This document shows positions 39,777 to 51,929 of a DNA stretch of 64,000 bases, piece after piece (the first letter of the stretch is position 1; each line of letters opens with the position of its first letter). The notes beneath the pieces were generated by a model that was not told the origin of the DNA, searched no databases, and saw only the letters and a program-made list of their open reading frames with translations. The translations under genes and the position numbers were made by a program. Source of the stretch: Euprymna scolopes (lineage: Eukaryota); NCBI GenBank assembly GCA_053919585.1, contig CM132796.1. One strand, given 5' to 3'.

Positions 39777-40541
39777 GTGTTGCATTACCAAATCGAACAA
39801 ATGTCATGTTTCGGTTTTATATAACTGTGTTTATGCATATCTAGCTGTATATAAGGTATACGTGTTTTTGTAATCCATGCTCGTGTATCGTCTAGTGGTT
39901 AGAATTATAAGGACAGTTACTTTTCATTGTATATGGGGTGTCTGTATATGTCGATCTGTTGCGTGTATGTTCAATAGTCTTTCTATGTGTATGTGGGCGT
40001 TTTCACATATTCACGACAATAATGAATGAGGCAATAAAATGGGTAATCTTTAACAATGACGAATAACACCCTTGTCTGCTTGACACATGCCTTATTAATT
40101 GTCTCCCTCTCCTCTGGCGGTAGGCACTTGAAATGGGGGCATCTTCTTCCGAATAGAACACTCAAAACGCCGAGTTATCATTTCCGGATCTTTATTTCCA
40201 AATATTCCACGTCTTAGAGTTTGTAGCTCTTAACTTTCTTCCTTACATTTTCCATGGTCCGTAGATGTTTCCATCGGACCAAAAAGACAACTGCTGTCCG
40301 CTATCTAACCCAGTGGCTAGATAACTCACAACTCGTTTCTTCAACTCCCCGCCACAGACTCTTCTAATTCTGATTTCTCCTGGCTTACGTATCTCTTACG
40401 TCAGCCAAAGTGTAAAATCTAGTTTGTCATAAAAGGCACGTCATTGTTTACTAAACCAAATTCCAAACTAGCTTTGTTTATGCTTTTCCTTTATTCGTAA
40501 CATGTTTCCTTGAACCAAAGTTCTCAAATAAAATATTTAAT

Positions 40542-40827
40542 ATTACAATAGAAAAATGCGAGCATGAAAAGTAATATGGTTAAGCTTAAACATGGAAAAG
40601 TAAAGGACTAGTTGTTAAAATTGGAAACGAAAAGGACAAGATATTCTAGTACAAAATATAACTTTATAACTTTAAATATTGCAGCATTAAGAATTCATTA
40701 TATAATGTTAAATGGAATTTAAAAAAATTCTTAATGCTGCAATATTTTTAGTTATAAATTTATTATATTTTTTCCATGTTTTAGTTTAACCATATTACTT
40801 TTCATGCTCGCATTTTTATATTGTAAT
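40542..40827. repeat. Long imperfect inverted repeat (fold-back)
   Basis: Outer arms ATTACAATAGAAAAATGCGAGCATGAAAAGTAATATGGTTAA / TTAACCATATTACTTTTCATGCTCGCATTTTTATATTGTAAT. Inner arms AATATTGCAGCATTAAGAATT / AATTCTTAATGCTGCAATATT. Confidence 0.88.
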
Positions 40828-41599
40828 CCATGATTTGTCTAATTTCAGTCTTATTTTTTGGTCCCCATAAATATAACATACACATATGTAATAACAATGT
40901 ACGACACTCGTCTGCTTTCAATCCCCTCCAATTATCTCCATTTAATTCTTTCATTTTCTCTGTTTTACTTGTTACTTCTCTTTTCGTGAGAGAGGTTAAT
41001 TGGTAGCAATAGTAGTCGCTGAAGCGACATGGTTGCTATGGAAACCAGTCATAAAACGTCGCTCACCTCCTTACTTTTTTTACGATTTTGAACACCAGTA
41101 AATTCCTCATAACTTTTGTTTTACTGAACGAAAATTGAACATTTTTTTCACAACATAGCTCAGATGGGGAACTGTAATAATTATCTAAAATTTGGTTGAA
41201 AGATGAGTGAGCGGTGAAACTTTAAAGCAGTTCTAAATGACTAAAACTGACACTTAACCATATATTCAAACACGGTAGTGTTTGAATGATAAATATTTTA
41301 ACTAACATTATAACTTATTAGAAGAAGAAGAAGACGAAGAAGAAGAAGAAGAAGAAGAAGAAGAAGAAGGTGTCTGCAAAATTTGACAAAGAAACAAAAA
41401 GTGCGAAGAAGAAAACGAAAGGAAGGAAAAAAAGAAGGTAAAGAAGTAGATAAACAACAACAACATAAAAAAGAAGAGATAGAAAATACAAAGAAGATGA
41501 CGAAGAAACTGGGGAATAAAGTAAAAGAAGGAAAAAAAAAGGGAAAGTTCAAATTGTAAACTGAAAGGTTTTATTCACAATAGGCAAATGAATGGCACA

Positions 41600-41830
41600 G
41601 AAGCAACGCCACCATTCACCCATGCATAAATTGTCGTTAGCACATCTGGGCTGGTGCATTTACCACTAGTCGCTCGCCTTTAGACAAGGCCCCAAAAATT
41701 TTCAAATCTACTAGGCCCCGCTTTATCAACCTAGCTTCAACGCCTGTCCTATTGCCGCAGTGTTGCACCCCTATACCTATTTCTCAAATACTTTAATGGA
41801 ATGTGGTCTGACGTACTCGTAGAAATTGTG
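41600..41830 (+). mobile_element. Degraded CR1-group LINE fragment
   Basis: HIWAGAFTTS..LDKAQK..LLGPALS..LQRLS..KYFNG; resembles 58587-58950. Confidence 0.6.
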
Positions 41831-43889
41831 CCCCTCTCGATGTGATTACCCCTAACTAACCCAACAAGGAGTAAAATCGTACTTCTTCAGAGTTGAGGCC
41901 TCCAGATACCAGAAAGTTTTCTGCTCTAATAGTTTCCTCCCTTAAAATACTAGACTTTGGAATTCCTTCCCTGTTCTCTGCTTCACTGACCGTATTAACC
42001 TGCAGAAATTTAAATGTAATGCGAACAGACATCTCTCTGCTCAACTCCCTACATAGTGCTCCTGTTGGTATGGTCCAAATAGTAGCCCCTTACGTTCAAG
42101 AAACATGTCTTATTTGGGTTGAATAAGACTTTTTTAAAATGTCCCACTGTTACTCCATTTATTTGTGGTTCTCCGCTCGACATATCTTTGTTTAACATAA
42201 GCAGAGGACAAAAAAATGACCAGAAAATGACGGATTCTGATGTTGACACTTCCTGAAATTTCACACGAGCCCTGTTAGCCAGGTAAATCAATTATTGTTT
42301 GGTGACAAATTTGTTCATTATAGCTGTTAGCGTGTGTGTTTGTATGTCCAGCTAAAAGTAAAAAAAAAACGACAAAATAAATATCCACAAAGTTGGTATT
42401 TTCTTGATCGACGTTGCCCCAAATAAATATCTAAGATTTAGAAAAAAAAACAACCAAAAAACTATTCTTTCTTTGACTCTTGATGATTCCTAGAATGTGT
42501 AAATCCTTACTTTTTGCTTTCAGCACGAACATTTGATGTTCCACTGTTGAAATCCCTCTTTACACTCTAAGAACAGTTCTATACCATTTCAAGTTCCAAA
42601 TGATAATAATCAACTTCAAAATGGACTTATTTTCAAGTGAAAAAAATGAATCAACTTCAAAATGGATCGATCAACTTCAAAATAGATTAATCAATTTCAA
42701 ATTGAGATATTTTTTAGTAAATTAATTATTCTTTTCTTAATTAACTTAGTAAGGAAATTGACTGGTCGTCTTCATCTTCTATATAATATTTTGATTTCAA
42801 AGATTCCCCTCTAGACCAAAGTACCGTAGGTTTACAGCAACAGACAGCATGCAAATTTATTATGTCTAGACTATTAGCCACTATCTTATGTAATTTTAGA
42901 ACGCCTTTTTAGACACATTTAGTCGTTATAATAAAATACTACATTATATTCTAGGAGCAATATCATCACAATCGCAACCATCTTTAAAGGAAGTAGTTCC
43001 TATTTTTCCTTCTAAATAGCAAGTCCTCCTACAACCACCGCTCATCACCGGGAGGATTCTGCGCTTTCTACAGATGGATCATGTACTCAGCGACATAACA
43101 TGATCTTTCCATTTCCCAATTCAAACTTTTCCCTTCTTACATTCCACCAAATCTCATTGGCTGAGAGATGACAATTCGTTCATTCCAGAATCTAAACCTT
43201 ATTACAAAAACGAACGCCCCAGAAATTTACAAATATGACATCACTCTCTACAGTAAGCAATCATTTAAAATAAAATAAACCTAATACAAACATAATCACC
43301 AACTGCGACCGATCGAGACATGTCCATAAGGTAAGAATTATTTTTTTAGACGTTAATTGTTCTTATGCAGTTACGCTACAGTTCTAAATATTTTTTGCTT
43401 ACACAGCTCGTACATGTTGTTATTAAATACTGTATTTCGACACATCGGCACATGCTTTCTTTATTTAAAAGTACCATTGACTAAAATTCTTCCTTTATAC
43501 ACTAAATAATTATTCTTATACACTCACGCTACCGTGCTAAATCTTTTGTGTTTACATAGATGGTACACGTTGTTGTTAAGTACTGTTTTCCGACCCATCG
43601 GCACCATCGGCACATATCTTTCTTTTTTTTTTTTAAATTACGATTGACGAAAATTGTTTCTTTATACGCTAAACAAAAATAAAAAGCGGATTAAGCGATT
43701 ATTATAGCCGAGATCAGGATTTTGATGAAACCTTACACAGTGAACTATATTGCTTGTTGTTTTTATAACCATAACCAGAAATTGACAGTTTATATACTTC
43801 GAAATCTCCTTATATGTCATTTTGAAAGTTTTAAACTATCTATTCCTGATTATTTCTGAAGTATGTGCGTGTGTGTGTGTGTGTGTTGT

Positions 43890-44165
43890 TGGTTGGTTGA
43901 GTGTTTTTGTTTTACGGCATATCAACCCTTTTTAGATTATTTAATGCCGAATCTAGTTATTTTGGAAGAAAATATTTTTAATAGAATATATATTTTTTTC
44001 AAGTCGGTTTCTATTTAACCCATAGTTAGGATCCTAACAGGTACTACCACTCCGGGTCAGAGTGGACCTGGGAGCAATGGCAATTAAAGGGTGGCTCCAC
44101 ACTCTCCAAAGCTTGCAAGCCGGGGCCTCATCATCGGATATAGTTTAAGGTCATATCCACGACCA
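43890..44165. mobile_element. SINE-like dispersed repeat (copy of 28388-28663)
   Basis: Collinear with 28388-28663; flanked by (TG)n-rich tracts. Confidence 0.75.
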
Positions 44166-44442
44166 CGCGCGTGTGTGTGTGTATGTGTGTATGCGCATGT
44201 GTGTGCTGAGTGCGTGTGTGTGTGCGTGTGTGTATTCATGTGAGTGCACGTGTGTGTGCGCGTGTGTTTGCGTGTGTGTGTCTTAAAATCCGTGTGTGTT
44301 TCTGTGTATGCGTGTGTTTGTGCGTGTGTATGCATACGTGTGTACGTGCGTGTGTACGTGTGTCTGTGCGATACAAACCAATCTAATACTAGCGTCAACC
44401 AGAGTCAGCCACGGCAACGCATGGCCGGGAGTGTACAGCTAG

Positions 44443-44517
<75 letters not shown>

Positions 44518-44617
44518 GGAAGAAAAAACAAAACAAAATACAAACAACTTAGAGGTCAAGAAAGCATTAAGCGAACCTACCGTAAAAGTAAGAGAAGAAA
44601 GTCTTGTAACGACAAAA

Positions 44618-45660
44618 ATGATGTTTCATGGTGATGCTGGAGAAACATCTTCAAAAGAAGCTGTAGAAGTAACAGCTCCAAAGAGGACTTACCTCAAGAA
44701 AACTGTGGCTGTAGAAAAAAAGGCACAAATTTTAGCTGCACATACCGCAGCAAGAAATTGGAAAGACCTGGCAAGAAAAATTGGTGTGCCTCTGCCAACA
44801 GCGTACTGTTGGATACACACGAGTACTGATAAGATTGACTCTAGGAGAGTAGCAAGAAATTATAAAATTACGCAAGAACATAAGAATATAATGGCCGAAT
44901 TAATTTAAAACTCTCCTAGGGTCACACTCCAAGATATTGCAAATAAGTTAATTGAAAATTATGAGATTCGTGTGACAAAAGAGTACATAGGAACGCACTT
45001 GGACTCGATGGCCTTTACTTTAAAAGCGGTTCATTATGAACCAGTAGCTGCCAATAAAAAATCAATAAGGCGGAACGAAAGGATTACGCAGTAGCTTTAT
45101 TAGAATTTCAGTACCAAAATCTGCCAATTTGTTATATGAATGAAACCAATTTTAACCTCCATATTTCAAAAAGAGAAGATTCGCTCTAAAAAAGGCACAA
45201 GGTGCATTACAGCCAGATCCAGGGGAAATGGCATCCAAGTTATTGGGTGTATTAGTAACAATGGATTAATTCGTCATAAAATTAGAAAAGACTATTTAAA
45301 AAAACATGATGCAAAAGAATAGATCAGGGATTGCCTTAGAATGAAAATTATGAAAGGGGTGTTATCTTAGTTATTAATAACGCCTCTAGCCATACTTCAA
45401 TTGAAGAAGTTGTGGAAGTGGCTGAATTTTCAAAACATCACATTTTAAGACTTGCTCTCTATAGTCCAATGTTAAATCATATTAAAAAGGTTTCGTCAGT
45501 CATAAAAGCTGACGTAAAAAGAAGTATGACAGACTCAATTGTTGGGGTTTTTAACAACTAAAGAATTTCGCCTCAGCAAGTTAAAAGTGATGATCTTTGA
45601 GGCTATTAATAATATTTCCCTTGAGATTTGCACTAACTTCATATCTAAAATACAGAGATT
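44618..45660 (+). pseudogene. IS630/Tc1-like DD35E transposase pseudogene
   Basis: HTH WKDLARKIGVPLPTAYCW; P.VTLQDI; YM(N)ETNFNL; VIGCIS; LVI(N)NASSH; LRLALYSPMLNHI(K). Multiple stops and frameshifts. Confidence 0.85.
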
Positions 45661-45812
45661 ACTTTACTTACCTCTTAGATGATATTAAATTTTAAATAAA
45701 TTTCTTTGAAACGTTTATTTTATTTTGTATCCCTTTAAAGTAAAAATAAAAGAATAAATATTAAATTTATTTGTATTATATTAATTCTCAATTTGAAGTT
45801 GATTATTTCTCA

Positions 45813-46242
45813 CTAGCAGATGGAGGGGGCGCCCGGTCTTGTCTGGTCTTGCTCGGTCATAAAATATGCTTAAATATGATATTTTAATTTGTCTTAATAA
45901 AATGTCGTGATTTCAAAGTAGAAAAAAAAGTATTTGCGTGGCATTAGCCAGAATCGAAACAGAAAGCAAAGCTGTTGCATTCAAAGCTGGTGACGTTTAC
46001 ATTATACCAACGTGACACGTATGTGAACTGATTAAAAATTAAAAATGAAAAATAAACTAAGATGAATGCACAAAATGTTCAAGGACTTTTTAATTTTTAC
46101 ATATTCTAAAGACCCATAAGAGAACGGGCTGTAAAAAAAATCCAGTCATTTGAGGCCCCTAACGCCACTCTACGACTTTTAGTTTTGGTGGAGATAGAGT
46201 TTGAAAATATGGAGACAGACATATAGCCGTTTATATATTAGA
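45813..46242 (-). mobile_element. Non-autonomous Helitron (family B), 430 bp, inserted in the subterminal repeat of the DD35E element
   Basis: Minus strand TC...CTAG termini. Removal restores the host repeat GATTATTTCTCA|TTTTGAAG exactly (A|T target, no TSD). Confidence 0.85.
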
Positions 46243-46439
46243 TTTTGAAGTTGATTATTTCTCATTTTGAAGTTGTTTTCCAATTTGAAGTTAATTTATC
46301 CATTTTGAAGTTGATTATTTCTCATTTTGAAGTCGTTTTCCAATTTGAAGTTGATTTATCCATTTTGAAGTTGATTAATTTTTTTACTTGAAAATGAGTC
46401 CATTTTGAACTTGAAATGGTATAGTTCGAATTTTAAACG

Positions 46440-47350
46440 CCTTATACTGTTTTTATTTCTGGTTGCAAATATCGCTACTTTTTCTAATTATTATTAACTA
46501 TGATTTCTTTAGGTTTATAAAAATTGGAAACTTCCTTATTAATAGTAGTTTCAACACTATCTAAATGGTAACCATTGTTACAAAGGGTCTTAGTAATAAA
46601 TTTAAGCTCGTCATCCAGATTAACTTTAGAACAAATCATCAAGGCCCTATGTGCTAAAGTCTTAATTAAGTTGTATTTTTGGTTTGTAGGACAAAAAGAG
46701 TCCCAACGCATATAGAGACCGGTAAAGTTGATTTACGATAAACAGAAGTAAGAAAACACGAGGGTGTCTTGGACACAAGAATACCCAAAAACGGAAGAGT
46801 AGAATTCGTTTCTCTGTCTACCGTAAACTTAAGGGCTGGATGAACGTTATTGAGGGACACAAAAAGAATCCCACCATAATTCTATTATTTATTTATTTAA
46901 ATGTAATTGCAGTGCGCACTATGTTGGGCGAAAATCGCAAAGATTAAATTTCCGGTTGAAACAACATGTATCATCAAAGATTCGTTATGCAAATATTTCA
47001 CCCTCTGATGTTCTGAATAATACGTATAGTTCTACGATTTGTGATCACCTTATAAATAACGATGCGTGTACCACGATTTTCAGTGCTGACATGTTTACGA
47101 TCTTGAGTAAGTCACACTCGCCCTTTCATTTAAAAATTCTAGAGACTATTTTTATTAAGTCTTTGAGACCTTCTCTTTGCAAGCAAAAAGAAAATCTTTA
47201 AGGACTTAATTTAGTTTCTATGTAATTTTTCCTCTGTTTATTTTTCGCTTTTATTTCTCTCCCCGCCATATTCGTGACTTTTTTTAAAGTCGTATTTTCC
47301 TCGATTTAGCTCTGTTGAGCGAGGAACGAAACCTGGTTAGCTAACCTTTA
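46440..47350. mobile_element. Penelope-like element with inverted RT segment (minus, ~46440-46862) joined to GIY-YIG segment (plus, ~46870-47200) and 3' hammerhead motif
   Basis: Minus: LNNVHPALKFT..E.NSTLPFL...TSVYRK...RALMICS..ELKFI..L.NNGY. Plus: IYLFKCNCSAHYVGR...LKQH...TICDHL...FTILSK...LKILETIFIK...PSLCKQKE. Confidence 0.85.
47306..47344 (+). ncRNA. Minimal type I hammerhead motif (degenerate core) of the Penelope-like element
   Basis: TTAGCT-CTGTTGA-GCGAGGAAC-GAA-ACCTGGT-T-AGCTAA: stem I TTAGCT/AGCTAA, near-palindromic helix III. The core has T in place of the conserved A of CTGANGA. Confidence 0.6.
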
Positions 47351-47362
47351 TTTTCATTTTTA

Positions 47363-47366
<4 letters not shown>

Positions 47367-47434
<68 letters not shown>
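47367..47434. repeat. (TA)n microsatellite
   Basis: Direct reading. Confidence 0.95.
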
Positions 47435-47439
<5 letters not shown>

Positions 47440-47761
47440 AAAATAAACTCTCTATTTTTTATGCTTGAAAATAAAAAAAATACAATTTTAACACAATAAC
47501 ACTGCATGAAATAATATTATACTCATATTAAAAATAGTTCTGGCCAGCCATACCAGGAAGTCAGGACAAGGCTGCCTAGGCATTTTTATAGGCCAAGTGT
47601 CACTGCCAGAACGTTCTTTTAATACATTCGATTCAATTCAATTCTTATATTTTAGGATTAAAAAAACAATCCCTAGCTTATTTTTAGTAAATATCTTTTG
47701 ACGTTTTGACAAAAAAAATTCTTGACTTCATATAATTTTTATGGCTTAATGTTGTGACTTC

Positions 47762-48538
47762 TTTTTTTACAAAGAAGTCCCCATTTATCAAGGTTCGAAA
47801 GCCATTCGAGAATAAGGGCTAATGATTGTATAATGGTTATCGGGACAACAATCATTAATGGTGAGAATTGTGTATAACTTGATTATTTAAGAGGACGGCT
47901 CGACAAGAACTTGATCACATTGAACTTGAAGACGACCCTATTGTAGTCAGCTGGAAAGCAGGCTAGTGGAAGAATTCCATAAGCGGGCAGTTTTAGGGAA
48001 GAAGCTTTGTTCATGGAATCTGCGTGTCGATTTAGGCACAAAAAGAGAGTAGGGGAAATGTTTAATAGTGGTTGTAGCTAGACGAGTGTTTTTTTTTGTA
48101 AAAGCTTGGCAAGGTGGAACCATAGACGAGCACTTGCCATGAAAATAACGATAGAGCAAAAACAGGTTCGCAATGTCTCTTCTGTGGAAAAGAGGTTGCT
48201 TTGAGCAGCTCTTGGCTAAATATGACAACAGTACTCCACCCTAGGACATGCTTGGCTCGTATACAGTTAGAGGATTGCATCAGCGATTGACATTCTACTG
48301 GAGAGGTAGAATGATCCAATCATTTTTCTGGCGATTTTGGCAACGGATTTAATGTATATGTTCCATTACAGATCAGGAGTGATGGTCAGTCCCAGAAGCT
48401 TGTCAAAACATGGTGCTTCCCAAAGATGAGAGCCGTATATATCAGTTGCGGCCAGATGAGGGTCAGAGTGTAGACGATAGAAAGAGAGAAGCTTAGTTTT
48501 CTATGCATTAAAATTAACTAGACACCTTTTTCCCCATT
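47762..48538 (-). mobile_element. 5'-truncated CR1-group LINE, degraded
   Basis: ORF 47947-48228 QPLFHRRDIANLFLLYRYFHGKCS...FHEQSFFPKTARLWNS; shared 3' tail at 47762-47822. Confidence 0.85.
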
Positions 48539-49070
48539 ACACAATATGCCAGCATTCATGTTGTTGTTTATGTTCCGAGATTGCTTGAATATAGAATCAG
48601 CGGCAACTAGTTGTCATACCTTGTTGTCGGTTGTCACAGGTCGACTATGTTGCATGAATAGAGAATCATAAGGAGCAGTTGCTCAACATTTTTCGTGTCT
48701 CTATCATGCATAACTCACTATTACTTTGCACCTTTAGCCATTGCATTTCAAATATCTCAAACAATGAGAAAATGTGAACGAGACAAAAAAAAAAATGGAA
48801 TTTCCTATTTACATAAACAACCAAGTCTTTGAGAAGATACTGTATTAATTTATTTGCTTAGTTTTAGAAGAACCAGTCATAAAAAAAAAGTCTGCCATTT
48901 TATCTGGAATTCATCTCGTATTTTTAGTTCGACTCTCATTATTATATGGGTTGCACGTCGCCATAACAACTTACTAAATCAAAATTATAGTTTTTATCTC
49001 TTGTAAAAATCAAGTTGTGGTAAAAAAAAGATGCATGATGTTTGCATAAATGAAATTATTTCATTTTACA

Positions 49071-49118
49071 AGAAAGAAAGAGAGAAAGAAAAGAGAGAGA
49101 GAGAGAGAGAAAGCAAAT

Positions 49119-49157
<39 letters not shown>

Positions 49158-49213
49158 TGGAAAGAAAAAAGGCAGAAGGGGAGAGAGACAGATGGAAAGA
49201 AAAAAAGGCAGAA

Positions 49214-49248
<35 letters not shown>

Positions 49249-49256
49249 GAGAGAGA
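49071..49256. repeat. (GA)n-rich microsatellite
   Basis: Direct reading. Confidence 0.95.
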
Positions 49257-49395
49257 AATTATTGCGAATTCCTCCACTTATCATGCTGCGACGAGTTTCT
49301 GTTTCTTTCATTATTTTTTTGAAACCTTATCAAAATAATTATATATATTCTTGCTACATGTTACCAAATGCCATTATTATTCACAGCATTATCAC

Positions 49396-50362
49396 TGCAT
49401 ACATTGATGATGATTCTGCCCACAAAAATAACACAGAGCCAAACATGCAATATATTGTTGATCGTTTTTCTAAGTCATGCGACAATTTCAGTCTGACTAT
49501 TAAGCTATAAAGACCGAAGTAATGCACCAACCTGCTCCGGAAAAAAAGATATGTTAAGCCTCAGATTTCAATTCGCGGAACCAACCTAAAAACTGTAGAC
49601 AAGTTGACTTACCTGCGCAGTATTCTGTCAAGGGCAGTACACATAAACAATGAAAGCGATTGCAGAATAGCCAAGACTAGTGCTGCCTTTGGACGTCTTA
49701 GAACCACTGTGTGGGAGCATAGAGGAATTAGACCAAACTTCAAATATATCGAACTGTGATTCTTACCATCCTCATGTATGCTTTTGAAATTTATATTTCA
49801 GACATGCCAAGAAACTAACCATTTCCATGTGACCTGCCTCCGTAGATTGTTGAAAATCAAGTGGCAAGAGACGATACCAGACAAGTTTTACTCTGGTCAA
49901 ACCTTCCGTCAACCATGTTACAGCAGTGTCAGGTTCGTTAGGCACATTATATATGCCACATGCCTGATTCAAGGCTCCCAAAACAGCTCCTTTATGGTGA
50001 ACTGTCCAAAAGAAAAAGACTCGCAGAGGGACAGCGGAAATGGTTCAAGGATAATCTGATGGTCTCCTTCAAAAGTTCGGTTTGTATTTGAAAAACTAAT
50101 CCAAGACATGTTTTTGGCGTGCCGTAACTCACAAAGGGTCTACAATTGCTGAATCCACATGCAATAAAGAATGCAAGAAGAAATGTGACATTAGAAAAGA
50201 CAGAGCAATCAGCACCTCTGCTGCAGAATCATCCCACAGGTGTCCAACATGCGGAAAATAATTCAGCTCGAATCGGCCTAACAAGCCATCTCCAAACCAA
50301 CAGAACAATTGCATGATCATGTTCACTTTTGAAAGCGATTGGCGAACATCATCATCATTATT
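49396..50362 (+). mobile_element. 5'-truncated RTE-clade LINE remnant
   Basis: YIDDD...MQYIVDRFSKSCDNFSLTI..KTEVMHQPAP...TYL.SILS...RIAKTSAAFGRL...HVTCLRRLLKIKWQ...CPTCGK; ends in a (CAT)n tail. Confidence 0.88.
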
Positions 50363-50819
50363 GGCGCTTTACATAAATATACGTTTAAAATGCTCTTAAA
50401 ATACATGCGTAAATAGAAAGAATATATGTTCTTTAAAGAACAGTAACGTCGATTGACAAATTACCAAGATATTTGATGCATAATAAATTAATCTGTATAC
50501 ATGCAAGCCAAACATAATTCTCATTTGATACTTTTCATAAACACTGCAGTGTGTTAGTCATCAATTCAATGTGTTAATTTGACATTATTTGTGCTTCTCA
50601 ACGTATAAACTGATATTACGCTCTTTTTTAGTAGACAATTATGATTTGATATTTCGTAGAAAACAACTGATGAATGTACTTTTTTTACTCTTTCATTGTT
50701 GTTATGGTAACATGTTTTTACGATGTACCAGTTCTACAAAATCTTCAGATAAAGTCAAATGTGTCATACGAGGGTCGTCTCAAAAGTAAAGCCCCATATT
50801 TTTTAACTCATAAAGTTGA

Positions 50820-51130
50820 TGTAGTACTTACCAACAAAACAAACGCCCACGTGTTTGTGCCTTGTGTAGGCATGCGCGACAACAAAACTTCGGTTTTTAT
50901 AAGCGGAAGTCTCGAGGTTGTCAGGAATCTATGTGCGCATGCGCAAGAGAAGGGATTGAGAGAATGGTATAAAAGGCAAGTCGAGTGCGAAGGTTGTTGT
51001 TGTTGTTGTCATTGGACGTTACAGTGACGCGTGCGTTAGCAGGTGATTAAGAAGCTGTTTTTTTGTGTCAAGTCGCGCACCTCGGTGAAAGTCATATAAG
51101 TCGTACATCTCGGTGAAGGTGAAGGTCATA
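50820..51130 (+). repeat. 5' LTR (311 bp)
   Basis: Direct repeat of 54817-55128, ~16 substitutions and 1 indel by eye. TATAAAA at 50968-50974. Confidence 0.95.
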
Positions 51131-51173
51131 AGCTATTTCGGCTATTTCGTTTTGTCTCTTTTCCTGGACAATT

Positions 51174-51929
51174 ATGGCTGGGGCAAAGTTTGATTTAAAA
51201 CTGATACCCGAATTCGACGGATCCACTTCTGTTGTCGACTGGGTCGAAAGGGTTGAGCTGGCCTGCAACCTCTGTGAAGTAAAGGGGGTGCATACCGTGA
51301 TTCCCCTGAGATTGACTGGAGGCGCCCTCAGTGTATATCAGCAACGTAGTGCCGTGGAGAAGGCTGATGTTACCTGTATAAAAAATTCTTTATACAAGGC
51401 ATTTGCCATGGATCCCTGCACGGCCTACGAAACATTTGCCTCTAGGAAGCTCATGCCAGGAGAAACCAGGGACGTCTTCTTCGCGGAGCTGAAGAAACTT
51501 GCAGTTCTATTTGGCAATGGAGTGTCAGAGCAAACACTGGCGTATGCGTTTGTGGCCAGCCTTCCGACCCATGTTAAGCAACTGTTGAGGGCTTCCACCA
51601 GCGTATCTGTAACATCCATGGAACATTTGTTAGAACGCACTCGAGCCATTATCAGAAAGGAGGAGGACCTGAGGGAGCCGGTTGTAATGATGGCGCAGGC
51701 AGCCAAGACTAATGCTGAAAAGAGTCCCAGTTTGAGACCCACTCCCAATGGGAAATGTTTCTGCTGCAGCCAGCGAGGCCATTTCGCAAGAAGTTGTACT
51801 AACAAGGGGCGGGGGCGCCCGCGCTGTTTCCAATGTGGTAGTTATGGACATTTATCTCAAATTGTGCAGGAAATGCATCAGGGGGCAGGACGTCAGCTCC
51901 GCCCTGTTCCCCGGACAAGATTTAATTGA
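51174..51929 (+). CDS. gag: Gypsy gag-like ORF with CCHC zinc knuckles (second knuckle apparently frameshifted)
   Basis: LKLIPEFDGS...IPLRLTGGA...; CFCCSQRGHFARSC and CFQCGSYGH. Confidence 0.85.
   Translation: MAGAKFDLKLIPEFDGSTSVVDWVERVELACNLCEVKGVHTVIPLRLTGGALSVYQQRSAVEKADVTCIKNSLYKAFAMDPCTAYETFASRKLMPGETRDVFFAELKKLAVLFGNGVSEQTLAYAFVASLPTHVKQLLRASTSVSVTSMEHLLERTRAIIRKEEDLREPVVMMAQAAKTNAEKSPSLRPTPNGKCFCCSQRGHFARSCTNKGRGRPRCFQCGSYGHLSQIVQEMHQGAGRQLRPVPRTRFN

Larger units (their letters stand above)
42582..46421 (+). mobile_element. IS630/Tc1-superfamily transposon with TIRs, subterminal repeats and TA TSD, expanded by nested insertions
   Basis: TA|TACCATTTCAAGTTC(C/A)AAATG ... CATTTTGAACTTGAAATGGTA|TA. 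Repeated TCAACTTCAAAATG motifs at both ends. Transposase remnant inside. Confidence 0.85.

Noticed and set aside
39475-39807. Hydrophobic or low-complexity ORFs (also 25967, 27686, 41298, 44084, 44244, 49050-49322)
   Set aside because: Translations of microsatellites.
50674-51027. Separate ORFs overlapping the LTRs (50674-51027, 54794-54985)
   Set aside because: Alternative frames across LTR/flank junctions with no recognisable domain.
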